64,000 nucleotides of DNA from NCBI GenBank assembly GCA_032249235.1, contig JAVVGF010000002.1, positions 128,001 to 192,000 of the forward strand, read 5' to 3'. Positions within the stretch are counted from its first letter, which is position 1; every line of letters begins with the position of its first letter. The DNA is from Thermoproteota archaeon (lineage in GTDB: Archaea; Thermoproteota; Thermoprotei; Gearchaeales; Gearchaeaceae). Position numbers and translations under genes: made by a program. Below the pieces are notes generated by a model. It had not been told where the DNA came from. It saw nothing but the letters and a program-made list of their open reading frames with translations, and ran no database searches. Shown here one piece after another: positions 37,969-48,509 of the stretch.

Positions 37969-40359
37969 ATGCTGAAAAATTATGATTATAAACTCATAGA
38001 GGAAAAATGGAGAAAAATTTGGGAAGAAAAACAGATATATAGATTTGATGCAAGTAAAGATAAACTCTATTCTATTGACACACCGCCGCCCTATCCCACA
38101 GGAGAACTAACGCCTGGAAATGCACTCAACTACATTTATCTCGATGTTGTGGCGAGATATAAGCGGATGAAAGGTTATTCGGTACATTTACCTATCGGAT
38201 TCGACTGTCATGGTCTTCCTACAGAAGTAAGGGTAGAAAACATAATAGGTAAAAGAAGAAGTGAAGTTGATTGGAGAGAATTCAAGGAGCTATGTTCAAA
38301 ATATACTGATGCATGGATTGAAGCAATGGAAAAAGATTATAAACGGCTAGGGATCTCTTTCGACTGGAATTTAAAATATGTAACAAAAGATCCTTCTTAT
38401 TGGAGAAAAGTACAACTTTCTTTTATTTTGATGTATAAAAAAGGTTTAATATATAAGGCGGAACATCCTGTTTTTTGGTGCACTAGATGCGAAACAGCTA
38501 TTGCAGAAGCAGAAGTTGAATATAACGTAGTTGAAAAAAATCTTTATTATATAAGGTTCAAAGTCGATGAAAAAGAACTAATAATAGCAACGACAAGACC
38601 CGAACTTTTAGCTGCAATTGTTGCTGTTGCTGTTCATCCTGATGACGATAGATATAAAGATATAATAGGTAGAAAAGCAAAAGTGCCCTTGTATGAAAAA
38701 GAGGTTCCTATTATAGCATCTACCGAAGTCGATCCAAGCTTTGGTTCAGGAGCAATGATGATTTGTACTTATGGTGATAAACGCGATGTCAAAATCCAGA
38801 AAAGATTTAAGCTTCCTGTCATTAAATTAGTAACTAAAAACGGCATTATTTCAGAAGAAGGGATTTGGATAAAAGGATTAAGAATTAATGAAGCGAGAAA
38901 AAAGATCGTTGAGATATTGAAAGAGAATAATTTAATCGTAAAAGAAGAAAAGATAACAAGTGAGCAGGGTTCTTGTTGGAGATGTCATACTCCTGTAGAG
39001 ATAATACCTGAAAAACAATGGTTTGTTGCTTCAACTAAATTAGCTAATAGAGTTTTAGAGGTTGCAAAAAAAGAAATAAAGTGGGTGCCTGAATATCAAT
39101 ACAAAAGATTAGAAGATTGGGTAAACTCACTTGATTGGGACTGGGTCATTTCAAGACAAAGAGTATTCGCTACACCAATACCAATATGGTATTGTAAAAA
39201 TTGTAACTACATTATAGTTGCAGAAGAAGATTGGTTACCAGTAGATCCTAGAATTCAGCCTCCAAAAATTGAAAAATGCCCAAATTGTGGTTACAATGAG
39301 TTTGAAGGAGAAAAAGATGTTATGGATACATGGATGGATTCAAGTATAACCTGTGCCATCCATGCTGGATGGCCGGATAAGTTTGATGAAAGATTGTTCC
39401 CTGCAGACTTGCAACCGAATGGTTATGATATTATTAGAACTTGGGATTATTACTTGCTGGTAAGACATCTTGCGCTATTTGATAAACCTGCTTTCAAAGT
39501 AGCATTAATAAACGGAATGGTTAGAGGTACAGATGGAAGGATGATGCATAAAAGTTATGGTAACGTAATTCCTCTTAATGAACTTTTGGATAGATATGGA
39601 GCTGATGCTTTTAGGCTGTGGGCAACAGGTTCAGTTAAAACAGGTTCTGATGTGACTGTTAGATTTGAAGATTTAGATTACAATAAAAGATTCCTCATAA
39701 AATTATGGAATGCTGCTAAATATGTTCTCATCTACACAAAACCTGTTAGCGAACAAGTTGAGATAAAAAAGTTGATGGATAAATGGATTATTAACGAATT
39801 ACATCGCACAATTAATAAAATCAATAGTTATATGGAAGAATTTCAATTCTTTGAAGCTTTGAATGAATTAAGAAGTTTTGTTTGGGATAAATTCTGCGAT
39901 GAATATCTTGAAGCTATAAAATATAGAACAGCAAGAGAAGATAAAGTCGCTTATTATGTAGCTAGATATGTTTTAGAAAATATCTTGTTATTGCTTGCTC
40001 CTTTCGCTCCGTATATAACAGAAGAACTGTTTGAGAAATTAGGATATAAAGAAAGCATACACCTTAAAAAATACCCTGAGAACATGCCTGTTGATGAAAA
40101 AGCTATAGAAAATGGAAACATATTAGTAGCCATTATTTCAGAACTGCGAAGAATAAAAGTTGCTTCTAGAATATCTTTAGCAGAACCATTAAAAAGCCTC
40201 GCGATATATGCAGAGAATTTCGTAGAAATATTAGAAGAAGGTTATGAAGATATCAAAAATGTGCTTAGAATTGAGGATTTACAAATTAAAAAGGAAGGTA
40301 TTGGAGAGAGAGCAAGCGAGAAAATAAAAGGTATATCTTACACCATTACCTTTTCTTAA
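37969..40359 (+). CDS. valS: Valine--tRNA ligase
   Basis: IDTPPP, DCHGLPTE, ATTRPE, DWVISRQR, DTWMDSS; HIGH read as TPGN, KMSKS as MMHKS. Confidence 0.94.
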   Translation: MLKNYDYKLIEEKWRKIWEEKQIYRFDASKDKLYSIDTPPPYPTGELTPGNALNYIYLDVVARYKRMKGYSVHLPIGFDCHGLPTEVRVENIIGKRRSEVDWREFKELCSKYTDAWIEAMEKDYKRLGISFDWNLKYVTKDPSYWRKVQLSFILMYKKGLIYKAEHPVFWCTRCETAIAEAEVEYNVVEKNLYYIRFKVDEKELIIATTRPELLAAIVAVAVHPDDDRYKDIIGRKAKVPLYEKEVPIIASTEVDPSFGSGAMMICTYGDKRDVKIQKRFKLPVIKLVTKNGIISEEGIWIKGLRINEARKKIVEILKENNLIVKEEKITSEQGSCWRCHTPVEIIPEKQWFVASTKLANRVLEVAKKEIKWVPEYQYKRLEDWVNSLDWDWVISRQRVFATPIPIWYCKNCNYIIVAEEDWLPVDPRIQPPKIEKCPNCGYNEFEGEKDVMDTWMDSSITCAIHAGWPDKFDERLFPADLQPNGYDIIRTWDYYLLVRHLALFDKPAFKVALINGMVRGTDGRMMHKSYGNVIPLNELLDRYGADAFRLWATGSVKTGSDVTVRFEDLDYNKRFLIKLWNAAKYVLIYTKPVSEQVEIKKLMDKWIINELHRTINKINSYMEEFQFFEALNELRSFVWDKFCDEYLEAIKYRTAREDKVAYYVARYVLENILLLLAPFAPYITEELFEKLGYKESIHLKKYPENMPVDEKAIENGNILVAIISELRRIKVASRISLAEPLKSLAIYAENFVEILEEGYEDIKNVLRIEDLQIKKEGIGERASEKIKGISYTITFS

Positions 40360-41530
40360 AAGTTTCCTTCTTTATTCCCGCTTCTCTTCTTTCTTCTTCA
40401 GTATATTCGAAAATATTTTTGAAAAGCTTTTCATGCCCCTCAGTAAATTTAATTTTCTTACTTTCCATGAAACGCTTAGCTGTTTCAATTGCTGATTCAA
40501 GATAAATCTCATAGCCTTCTTTTTCATATCCCGACCACATCGTAAAGCTGGGAATCGATCTATCTAGAAAATAAAGAACATGAGAAGAAAATCCTACACT
40601 CAAACCGCTAAAGATCATCGCCGAAATAGAAGTCTTGGAATGATCTCCTAGGAAAGCGCCTAATTTACGCATACCCGTTCTTTCCAAACCTTTTAGATTA
40701 TCATATTTGATTTCGCCATATGTATTCTTGATATTAGAAAAAACTGTATGGGCACCTATATTTACCCATTCACCTATATAAGAATCGCCTATGTAGCTTT
40801 GATGCCTGCTATTAGTATAGTCTAAAATGATTGAATTGGTTACCTCTCCTCCTATTGTACAATGCTTACCTATGTAAGATCTACGTATATTTGAACCGGT
40901 TACTACAAGCGTTGAATCGCCTATGTATGAGGGCCCTTCAATCCTTGAAAACGCTTGAATGTATGCCGCATCACCTACGAATATCGGTCCTTCACGCGTA
41001 TCGAACATAACGTTACCCTCAATGTTGAAAACTCCATTAGAAATCACAGGATATTTACCTACAACATTATTACTTAATTTTACAGCTTCATAAACGCTTG
41101 AAAAATAAATTAGGTCTTCGAATAAAGTTTCCTTATTGTGTCTAATTAAATCATATGGTTTTTCAATAATTCTGACCTCTACATTCAAGACCTCATTTTT
41201 AGTTTTAGCTTCTTCCAAGTTGCCTGCATAGCCTAGAAGGATATCTTTGCATTGTATTAAGAAATTTTTGCTTTTCTTCGAGATTAATTTTTCTAAGAAT
41301 TTGTTATCGATTATAAAATTCGAAAATAAAACAACGTCCCCTTCTTCTTTAAGCAGATCTTTACCTCTCAGGATAGGATTTCTAATGACGACTTCTATTT
41401 CTTCCTTGCCAAAAATTCTTAGTCTATCTATAATTGATAACGCGCCTACTACGAGTTTAAAAGCGGGTCTGCTCAACGTTAGTGGAAACAGATTTTTATA
41501 TACCTCACCCTCATCGAGAACTATACGCAT
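40346..41530 (-). CDS. GlmU-like protein (truncated nucleotidyltransferase N-domain plus hexapeptide repeats)
   Basis: LFPLTLSRP, GPIFVG, GGEVTNS, YIGDSYIGEWVNIGA. Confidence 0.82.
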   Translation of the reverse strand: MRIVLDEGEVYKNLFPLTLSRPAFKLVVGALSIIDRLRIFGKEEIEVVIRNPILRGKDLLKEEGDVVLFSNFIIDNKFLEKLISKKSKNFLIQCKDILLGYAGNLEEAKTKNEVLNVEVRIIEKPYDLIRHNKETLFEDLIYFSSVYEAVKLSNNVVGKYPVISNGVFNIEGNVMFDTREGPIFVGDAAYIQAFSRIEGPSYIGDSTLVVTGSNIRRSYIGKHCTIGGEVTNSIILDYTNSRHQSYIGDSYIGEWVNIGAHTVFSNIKNTYGEIKYDNLKGLERTGMRKLGAFLGDHSKTSISAMIFSGLSVGFSSHVLYFLDRSIPSFTMWSGYEKEGYEIYLESAIETAKRFMESKKIKFTEGHEKLFKNIFEYTEEERREAGIKKETFKKR

Positions 41531-41560
41531 ATGTTTTAAAGCTCTTATATAGATAAAAAA

Positions 41561-42013
41561 ATGGTTAATGATATGCGAACAAAGCCTCTATTGGTAGTGC
41601 TAATCCTAGTAATTGTTCTCAACTCTATAACCGTAATAAAAGCTGATGTTCTAGTCGATTATAGTTTCGATAAAAAAAGCATAATTTTGACAGTTAACTA
41701 TGGAATAAATTCAAATGATAAACCTTTGATACTAGAGGTTTATGTGAATAGAACCCTTTTCAGAGTTTATTATTTTAACGAAAACGAAACATTTCCTAAA
41801 TACATCTACATTAACTTGAAAATAAATGGTCCTACTTACATCTCAGCGAGAACTTATAATTCAATAACGGGATGGAGTAAAGAAAATGAGATATACGTTA
41901 GTGGCTCACAATATTTAACTCCTGAAATAAATTTAGGTAGAGAAGTAGCACTAATTTTGGGCATATCTATATTAGCAATTGCACTAGTTGTTTATTTTAG
42001 AAGAAAAAGTTAA
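41561..42013 (+). CDS. Secreted protein with C-terminal TM anchor
   Basis: Signal peptide, beta-rich middle, TM followed by RRKS. Confidence 0.65.
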   Translation: MVNDMRTKPLLVVLILVIVLNSITVIKADVLVDYSFDKKSIILTVNYGINSNDKPLILEVYVNRTLFRVYYFNENETFPKYIYINLKINGPTYISARTYNSITGWSKENEIYVSGSQYLTPEINLGREVALILGISILAIALVVYFRRKS

Positions 42014-42420
42014 AGAGAATATATTGGGCTTCTATCGGTTCTTTCCTCTCTAATCAACAGAGATGAGATGTCCAATTTTTGTTTATCTTTTACGTGGTTG
42101 AGGAAATCACTGGTGTGTTTTATGTCAAATTCGATAAGTTCGATCATTAACTTCCATATTTTGACATATATCTCTTCCAACATTTCTTTAGGCATGACTG
42201 AAATGATTGCTGGATTTTGAAGCCAATTCTCGAAACCTTTTATAGTTCTGCTAATATGTTGGCATGCAGTTCTTGATGCTAACAATAAATTCAACCTGTC
42301 AGCTTCCTTATAATTCTTAGACTCAAAACTTTTGACAGCTATTTCAAGAATTTTCTTCTGCTCATTAACCCAATCTTGCATGCTCCTCACGAAAGTTTCG
42401 TTGAAAGCCATGTATGACAA
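42010..42420 (-). CDS. DUF2153 family protein
   Basis: WVNEQK, ADRLNL, RTIKGFENWLQNP, DIKHTS. Confidence 0.85.
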   Translation of the reverse strand: MSYMAFNETFVRSMQDWVNEQKKILEIAVKSFESKNYKEADRLNLLLASRTACQHISRTIKGFENWLQNPAIISVMPKEMLEEIYVKIWKLMIELIEFDIKHTSDFLNHVKDKQKLDISSLLIREERTDRSPIYSL

Positions 42421-42496
42421 TTTATTAATTAACAGCGTATTTAAACTTATTCAAAGGAAAATTTTTAAGAAACAGTATTTAAAAACTAAAATAGAA

Positions 42497-43012
42497 ATGA
42501 CAGATAGTTATATTCCCGAAGTCCCCTTTGTACCAACTCCTGAGAATGTTGTCAGAAAAATGCTTTTACTAGCAGAACTTAAGCCAAATGAAAAACTTGT
42601 AGATTTAGGTGCGGGCGATGGTAGAGTATTGATTATAGGTGCAACAGAATTCAAGGCAATACGTTGTATTGGTGTTGAAATAAGATCTGAGCTTGTTAAG
42701 AGCGCCAAAGAGAAAATCAAGAAGTTAAATCTAGATAATGTGATCGAGATAGTCCATGGAAATATGTATGATTATCCATTAAATGATGCAGATGTTGTAA
42801 CTTTGTACTTATTAACAAGTGTAAATGAAAAATTGAAACCAAAACTTGAGAAAGAATTGAAACCAGGAGCTAGAGTTGTAACACACGATTTTGAAATGCC
42901 AGGATGGGTTCCTTTCAAAGTTGAAGAAATATACGATTCAGGAAGAACTCATAAGATATACGTTTATAAAATGCCTCCTACTAAGAAGGGGCCACTATCG
43001 TTCTACAAATAG
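42497..43012 (+). CDS. Archaeal protein-lysine methyltransferase (aKMT-like); start corrected to 42497
   Basis: SYIPEVPFVPTP, DLGAGDGR, YLLTSVNEKLKPKLEKELKPGARVVTHDF closely resemble Sulfolobus aKMT. Confidence 0.85.
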   Translation: MTDSYIPEVPFVPTPENVVRKMLLLAELKPNEKLVDLGAGDGRVLIIGATEFKAIRCIGVEIRSELVKSAKEKIKKLNLDNVIEIVHGNMYDYPLNDADVVTLYLLTSVNEKLKPKLEKELKPGARVVTHDFEMPGWVPFKVEEIYDSGRTHKIYVYKMPPTKKGPLSFYK

Positions 43013-43264
43013 GAAACTTTCTTCCAAAACTTTTTCTATATAATTTATCATTTTTGCCAAATCATGTTCATCGCTTTTCTTAATGAACTTCAATATAGAT
43101 TTGTCATTCGTAAAAGAATAGAACTTCTTTATAATTTGGCTTTGCAGTTTTTTACCTTCGCTGTTTAGTCTTCCATGAGATATATAGAAATCGTAATTTT
43201 TTCTGAATTCATAAATTAAAAATAGTATTTCCTCTTTTAGCTTATAGTTCGGCTTCTTTTTCAC
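42995..43264 (-). CDS. Hypothetical protein
   Basis: 89-aa ORF filling the gap between neighbours. Confidence 0.5.
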   Translation of the reverse strand: MKKKPNYKLKEEILFLIYEFRKNYDFYISHGRLNSEGKKLQSQIIKKFYSFTNDKSILKFIKKSDEHDLAKMINYIEKVLEESFLFVER

Positions 43265-43302
43265 AAAGATTTATTTTAAGACATTTATAAATAGACGAGT
43301 CG

Positions 43303-43815
43303 ATGAGCGCTGATCAGTTAAACGAATTATCAAAGGAATTGCTGGAAATTTTAAAGAATAAAGGCAGTCTTACCATCCAAGAACTGATAGAATGGATTAA
43401 ATCAAAAAAAGCGAGTAACCTAGTTTTAAGTGCAGTGATTTCTGAGTTAGAAAGTAGGAATTTAATCAAAAAAATAGGTGTTTGGGAAAAATCTGAACCA
43501 CTTTTTCCATTACCGCAGAAGATTGAACTTGTAACCGCTATAGAAGTAAAGCCCTCCGCCATGAAAGTTGAGAGAAAAGAAACAAAAAATGAAATTGAAA
43601 CAAAGGTTATAGAATATCTTGCACGCTATTACAGCGTTGGTGAATTAAGGCTTAGGTTAGATTTTTCATCAAAAATAAAGGAACTAGACCCTATATTAAG
43701 AAGTCTTGAAGAAAAAGGATTAATAATTTGGGATAGGGAATTGGGTGTTATAACAGCTAGTGATAAATTGCTTAGTGAATACAAGAAAACTAAAAGTTTT
43801 CTTGATGTATTTTAA
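43303..43815 (+). CDS. Tandem winged-helix protein
   Basis: Two wHTH-like units ending ELESRNLI and SLEEKGLI. Confidence 0.6.
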   Translation: MSADQLNELSKELLEILKNKGSLTIQELIEWIKSKKASNLVLSAVISELESRNLIKKIGVWEKSEPLFPLPQKIELVTAIEVKPSAMKVERKETKNEIETKVIEYLARYYSVGELRLRLDFSSKIKELDPILRSLEEKGLIIWDRELGVITASDKLLSEYKKTKSFLDVF

Positions 43816-44138
43816 GCCGCTACAAATATAGGATTTCTTGAAGATTTATACGCATACTTGATGAATCCTTCACGCTCTAAAGATTGTAAAATTCTTTTAG
43901 CTTCTCCCATAGTTATACCATATTTACTGGAGATAAGCCAAGGCGATAAGTAAGGATTATTTTTTATCTCAGACTTGACGCTTTCAATTAATTGAGGACT
44001 AATTATTGCAATAGTTTGCTTTTCTTTCTTTTCAACCGCTTTAGGCCCTTCTTTCTTCTGTTTTTGAGCAGCTTGTTTTAAGGCTCTCTCTTGCCGTTTA
44101 GCTAATTGCGATATTCCTTTCTTTCCTTTTCCTCCCAT
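43812..44138 (-). CDS. rps25e: 30S ribosomal protein S25e
   Basis: MGGKGKK, LSPWLISSKYGI, AKRILQSLEREG. Confidence 0.9.
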   Translation of the reverse strand: MGGKGKKGISQLAKRQERALKQAAQKQKKEGPKAVEKKEKQTIAIISPQLIESVKSEIKNNPYLSPWLISSKYGITMGEAKRILQSLEREGFIKYAYKSSRNPIFVAA

Positions 44139-44191
44139 ATCTTATTATTTTAAGAAAACCTTAATAAACTTCCAAACTAAACTCAAGATAA

Positions 44192-44506
44192 ATGAGTAAA
44201 ATTAAAAATGTTGTCGAGATACTAGCATTGTTTGAGAAAGAATTAGATAACATTGAAAAAATAGTGGAAGAAATGAAACTGAAACTTTTAGATGAACTTG
44301 AAGCATTGGCGAACACCAAATCGATGAATATAATAGAAAAATTCAGGTCTGAAAAAGAGATGGAATTAAAGAAAGAAGAAGAAAAAGCTAGAAAAGAGGC
44401 TGAAGATATTTTAAAAAGAGGCGATGAGTTAATCGCTGAGAAAAAGAAGGAACTGGAAAAGAAATTGGAAATTGCCAAGAAAAAGGTCTTAGAAGCTTTA
44501 TTATGA
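44192..44506 (+). CDS. A-type ATP synthase peripheral stalk subunit H/G-like
   Basis: Highly charged coiled coil, KEEEKARKEAEDI; coupled to subunit C. Confidence 0.7.
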   Translation: MSKIKNVVEILALFEKELDNIEKIVEEMKLKLLDELEALANTKSMNIIEKFRSEKEMELKKEEEKARKEAEDILKRGDELIAEKKKELEKKLEIAKKKVLEALL

Positions 44507-45537
44507 GTAATTTTTACAGGACTACAAGAGCAAGAGTTAAAAAAGGATATCTATTACCAAGAGAAACGTTTCAAGGATTGATAGAACAAAAGACTATCGA
44601 AGACGCTATTGAAATTTTAAAATCAACCGATTACAAGAAAGAAATTTTGGAATTACAACAACCTTATAAGATTATCAATATTGAACAGGCATTGATAAAA
44701 AATATGTTAAGACATTTTTATGAATTAATTACTAGTAGTGTTTATTCTGAAATTTTATTAGCGTATTTTAATAAATATATAATTAGAAATCTAAAGATTG
44801 TTTTAAAAGGAAAGGCATTAAATAGAAAATATGATGAGCTTTATAATAGCATTATACTAGATGCAGAGGCTTATCTTGGTAGGAGAGATATAATTATCAA
44901 GACGCTAGAAGCGCCAAGCCTTGAAGAAGCCATTCAGCTTTTGAGTAGGTACTCTTTTGGTAAAGAAATAAACCTAGCATATAATGCCTTCAAGGATAGC
45001 AACAATCTAGCAGCGTTTGATATAATTTTAGATAAGTCTTGGATAAACATGCTCATAGATGCGCATAATCGTGTGAACATAAGAGATAGAGAAGATACAA
45101 AAGATCTAGTAGGTTTTGATGTGGATAGCTATAATGTGTTGGCTCTATTGAGAGCGAAATATATAGGATTAAGCAGCGCTATTCAGAGAGACATTATTGC
45201 AAAGAAATCGTTCTATATAGAACAAGATGTTCTCTCTAATATAATAATAACTGAATCTATAGAGGCTTGCATTCAACTATTAAGAAATACATATTATAGA
45301 AATATAATTACTGAAGAAATAAAAGGTAAAGAAGATTTAGAGAAGCTAGAAGAGAATTTTAAGAAATTGATTTACAGGACATCAGAATCTAAATTCGTGA
45401 AAAATCCACTTAGTCTTGGTGAGGTACTAGCATATATAAAGCTAAAAGAATTCGAAATTCACAATATAGTAACAATATTGTTCGGAATAGAAAATGGAAT
45501 ATCGCCTTCGAAAATTCTAGAAAAATTGTTTATCTAA
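44503..45537 (+). CDS. atpC: A-type ATP synthase subunit C
   Basis: LKSTDY, NLKIVLKG, LAYIKLKEFEIHNI. Confidence 0.9.
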   Translation: MSNFYRTTRARVKKGYLLPRETFQGLIEQKTIEDAIEILKSTDYKKEILELQQPYKIINIEQALIKNMLRHFYELITSSVYSEILLAYFNKYIIRNLKIVLKGKALNRKYDELYNSIILDAEAYLGRRDIIIKTLEAPSLEEAIQLLSRYSFGKEINLAYNAFKDSNNLAAFDIILDKSWINMLIDAHNRVNIRDREDTKDLVGFDVDSYNVLALLRAKYIGLSSAIQRDIIAKKSFYIEQDVLSNIIITESIEACIQLLRNTYYRNIITEEIKGKEDLEKLEENFKKLIYRTSESKFVKNPLSLGEVLAYIKLKEFEIHNIVTILFGIENGISPSKILEKLFI

Positions 45538-47560
45538 TTTTAAATTTAACTTTAGTAATTAAACCTTCATTATTGAAAGTTCTAAATGGCTTTCCTTCTC
45601 CATAGTAAAATTTGGTAAACCATTCATAAAGATGAAGCCTTAGAGCTTGTATAAATACAACGAAACCTTCAAGAAGTGCAATACCCAAATTTCCTAATAC
45701 TAATGCAATCCCTACTACAATCGTTGTTATTATCGGATTGCCCAAATATAGATTCACTACTGAACCAAGGTAAAGCAAAAATACTGAATGAACAATTACT
45801 AATATTGCGAGTCTCAAGTAGCTGATTGTATTCGAAAGTAATCGAGTTATAGAATCGAACACTTCCATCGCTCCTTCACCCAATAATTCCTTAGTTTCAA
45901 TATGCTCTTCTCCTTCAAGCTTTTTAGCTATATATCTAGCTAATAAAATTAGTATTAAACCAATCAATGCTGAGACAGAGAAGATTTTTGAATAAAGATA
46001 TGCAGGTATTCCTAAAATAACTTGTTGACTTGAAGAATAAGCACCTATATTCATACCGAAAACCCACAATCCATACAGCAAAAATACGCCTGAAATATAA
46101 AACGTTAGATAGGCTATTGCTAAGATTAAATCTTCTTTATTCGAAGCTATTATGCCATTTATTAGTCTTAGGAGAATTCCAAGTATCAAATGGACTATGC
46201 CTATAATAATACTGATCTGGAGAACAAAAGTTAAGCCTTCAGGATTCAAGCCCTCGCCATGCTTAACCAATTCTATGACTGGTTGATAATGAACAAATGG
46301 TATAGGAAAACCAAAGAACTCATTATGAAGTATACCAAATATTGCACTAGCACAGCCTATAGATACCAATAGGATTCCCCATTGTCTTAAATTTCCTGCG
46401 GATCTTAAGTAAAAGAATAAGCCAAGTGCGATGATTAATAAACCGCCACCTAAATCTGCATACATGAAACCATAAAACAAAGTGAAAAAGAAGAAAACAA
46501 AGGGTGTAGGATCGATTTCATGATAGTTTGCAGGTCCTTGCATATAAGTAATATTTTCGAAAGATTTGATGATGGGCTTATTAACTATTAAAGTTGGTGC
46601 ATCTTTTTCCTTCACATCTTCAAATTCGAGAAAACAATCGTTGGAGAATATTTTTTCGAAATCATTCTTGTATCTCTTGGGAATATATCCTTCTAATATA
46701 ACAAAATTCTTCAAAGGCCTTGAGATTTTTATATTCAAAATGTTTAGATATTGAAGAGAAGCAAGTTCATACAAAGAAATGATATCATAATATCTCATTT
46801 TGCTTTCATAACTTATTTTGAGTTCGACCTCAGTTATTTTCTGCCTCAACTCTCTTATCTTTTTTTCTAATCTTTCGATTTCTTCATTTATTGAAATTTT
46901 CTCTTCAGGCACTTTAATTTGGATCAATTCTAAACCTCCAATTATTCTAGAAATCTTTTCTGCATATTCAGTCTTTGATAAAATCAAAGCTATATTTACA
47001 TCTTCTTTTACCTTCTCGCTTATCAATAAGACATCTTCAGGAAGGCTTCTTTTCAATTCAAGTAAGATTTTGGAATTTACTACAACGAACAATACGAAGA
47101 ACCTTTTTAGGTATTTAATTGTTTCAAAGTCGATTCCTATTTTACTTATAAATTCAAGATTTTGTTTGTAATTCAAAGCTTCGTTAAGTTCTTTGTTGAA
47201 TTTCCTTCTACTTTCTATCAAAGGATAAAGATTCGTTTGTAACTCGCCGATTTTCTTTTTTAATTCCTCAACTAATTCTCTAAAGTCTTTGAACTCATAA
47301 GAATAAGTCTTGACCTGGACCTTATTAGTTAAATAGTCCATAACCCCAAACTCTCTTTTTATCCCTAATTCATTAGCCAAATTTTCTATTTCTGCAGAAA
47401 TTCTGCTTAATGTCTGTATATATTCCTCTGTATTCTCTATCCTATCTTGCCCTACTTCAATTGTATGAAAAAGCTTGAAGTCAATGAGCTTCGTTATAAC
47501 ACTATCAAATCTATGCCTATCAGTCAGTAGTGTTGCTTTGATTAATTTTTCGACAGGCAC
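45530..47560 (-). CDS. atpI: A-type ATP synthase subunit I (a)
   Basis: EIDPTP, YGFMYADLG, SNTISYLRL, QALRLHLYEWFTKFY. Confidence 0.95.
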   Translation of the reverse strand: MPVEKLIKATLLTDRHRFDSVITKLIDFKLFHTIEVGQDRIENTEEYIQTLSRISAEIENLANELGIKREFGVMDYLTNKVQVKTYSYEFKDFRELVEELKKKIGELQTNLYPLIESRRKFNKELNEALNYKQNLEFISKIGIDFETIKYLKRFFVLFVVVNSKILLELKRSLPEDVLLISEKVKEDVNIALILSKTEYAEKISRIIGGLELIQIKVPEEKISINEEIERLEKKIRELRQKITEVELKISYESKMRYYDIISLYELASLQYLNILNIKISRPLKNFVILEGYIPKRYKNDFEKIFSNDCFLEFEDVKEKDAPTLIVNKPIIKSFENITYMQGPANYHEIDPTPFVFFFFTLFYGFMYADLGGGLLIIALGLFFYLRSAGNLRQWGILLVSIGCASAIFGILHNEFFGFPIPFVHYQPVIELVKHGEGLNPEGLTFVLQISIIIGIVHLILGILLRLINGIIASNKEDLILAIAYLTFYISGVFLLYGLWVFGMNIGAYSSSQQVILGIPAYLYSKIFSVSALIGLILILLARYIAKKLEGEEHIETKELLGEGAMEVFDSITRLLSNTISYLRLAILVIVHSVFLLYLGSVVNLYLGNPIITTIVVGIALVLGNLGIALLEGFVVFIQALRLHLYEWFTKFYYGEGKPFRTFNNEGLITKVKFKIR

Positions 47561-47611
47561 GATGCTATTCTATCCATTAAGATTATTAAAAATTAACTTC
47601 AAAATTGTTTT

Positions 47612-47911
47612 ATGAAAAAGATTGTTGCGATAGGAGACGAGGAATTTGTATTAGGATTTTCATTAGTAGGTTGCGAAGGATATATTGAAGAAAGACCTGA
47701 TAAAATACTGCGTTTAATAAAAGAGCTCATAAATAACCAAGAAATAGGGCTAATACTAGTAAATGATAAACTTACTCAAAATATAAAGAAAGAAATTCAA
47801 GAAATTAAACTGAAAACCAATTCCCCGTTAATATATGAGGTTCCGGGCCCAGGTAGCGTTAAAAAGACTGAAGATTACAGAAAGTTAATAAGGCAAATTT
47901 TGGGATTCTAA
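47612..47911 (+). CDS. atpF: A-type ATP synthase subunit F
   Basis: IVAIGDEEFVLGFSLVG, IRQILG. Confidence 0.92.
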   Translation: MKKIVAIGDEEFVLGFSLVGCEGYIEERPDKILRLIKELINNQEIGLILVNDKLTQNIKKEIQEIKLKTNSPLIYEVPGPGSVKKTEDYRKLIRQILGF

Positions 47912-47914
47912 GCA

Positions 47915-48508
47915 ATGGAAGTTCTTAAAAAAATGATTGAAGAAAATGCTGAAGTGACTAAGATTAAATCTATAAATGAAATTGAAAAATTAACGGCTCA
48001 AATAAATAAGTTAATAGATAAAAACGTTCAACTTACAATCGGAAAATTAAAAGAAATTGAAGATGAATATTCGAGAAAAATCGATTCGCTTAAGAAAATG
48101 ATAGTTAGCAATGCAGAAATGAATGTCAGAAATTCATTATTAAAGCTTTATAGTGAATACGTAGATAAAGCTATATCTCTAGCACTTGAAGAGATACATA
48201 ACAATAGGGAAATTTACTTGAAGGGCTTAGATAAACTCTTACTTGAAGCTATTGAGAACATAGGAGAAAATAAAGTAAAAATATATTGCAATCCTGAAGA
48301 CAAGAACGACATTGAAAAAATAGCTAAGAAGATTTCAAGAGAGAAAAACATACGAATTGAGATTAAAGAAAAGAAAATAAGTGAGTACGGAGGCGTGATC
48401 GCAACAAATGAAAGCGAAACAGTCGTTTATAATAATACAATTGAAGCTAGATTAGAAAGAATGAAAGAAAATATAAGAAAAATAGTGGGAGATATTTTAA
48501 GGGAATAA
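47915..48508 (+). CDS. atpE: A-type ATP synthase subunit E
   Basis: GGVI...NNTIEARL. Confidence 0.9.
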   Translation: MEVLKKMIEENAEVTKIKSINEIEKLTAQINKLIDKNVQLTIGKLKEIEDEYSRKIDSLKKMIVSNAEMNVRNSLLKLYSEYVDKAISLALEEIHNNREIYLKGLDKLLLEAIENIGENKVKIYCNPEDKNDIEKIAKKISREKNIRIEIKEKKISEYGGVIATNESETVVYNNTIEARLERMKENIRKIVGDILRE

Positions 48509-48509
48509 C

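Noticed and set aside
42332-42496. N-terminal extension of the methyltransferase ORF in the track
   Set aside because: Overlaps the DUF2153 gene antisense; aKMT similarity starts at ATG 42497.
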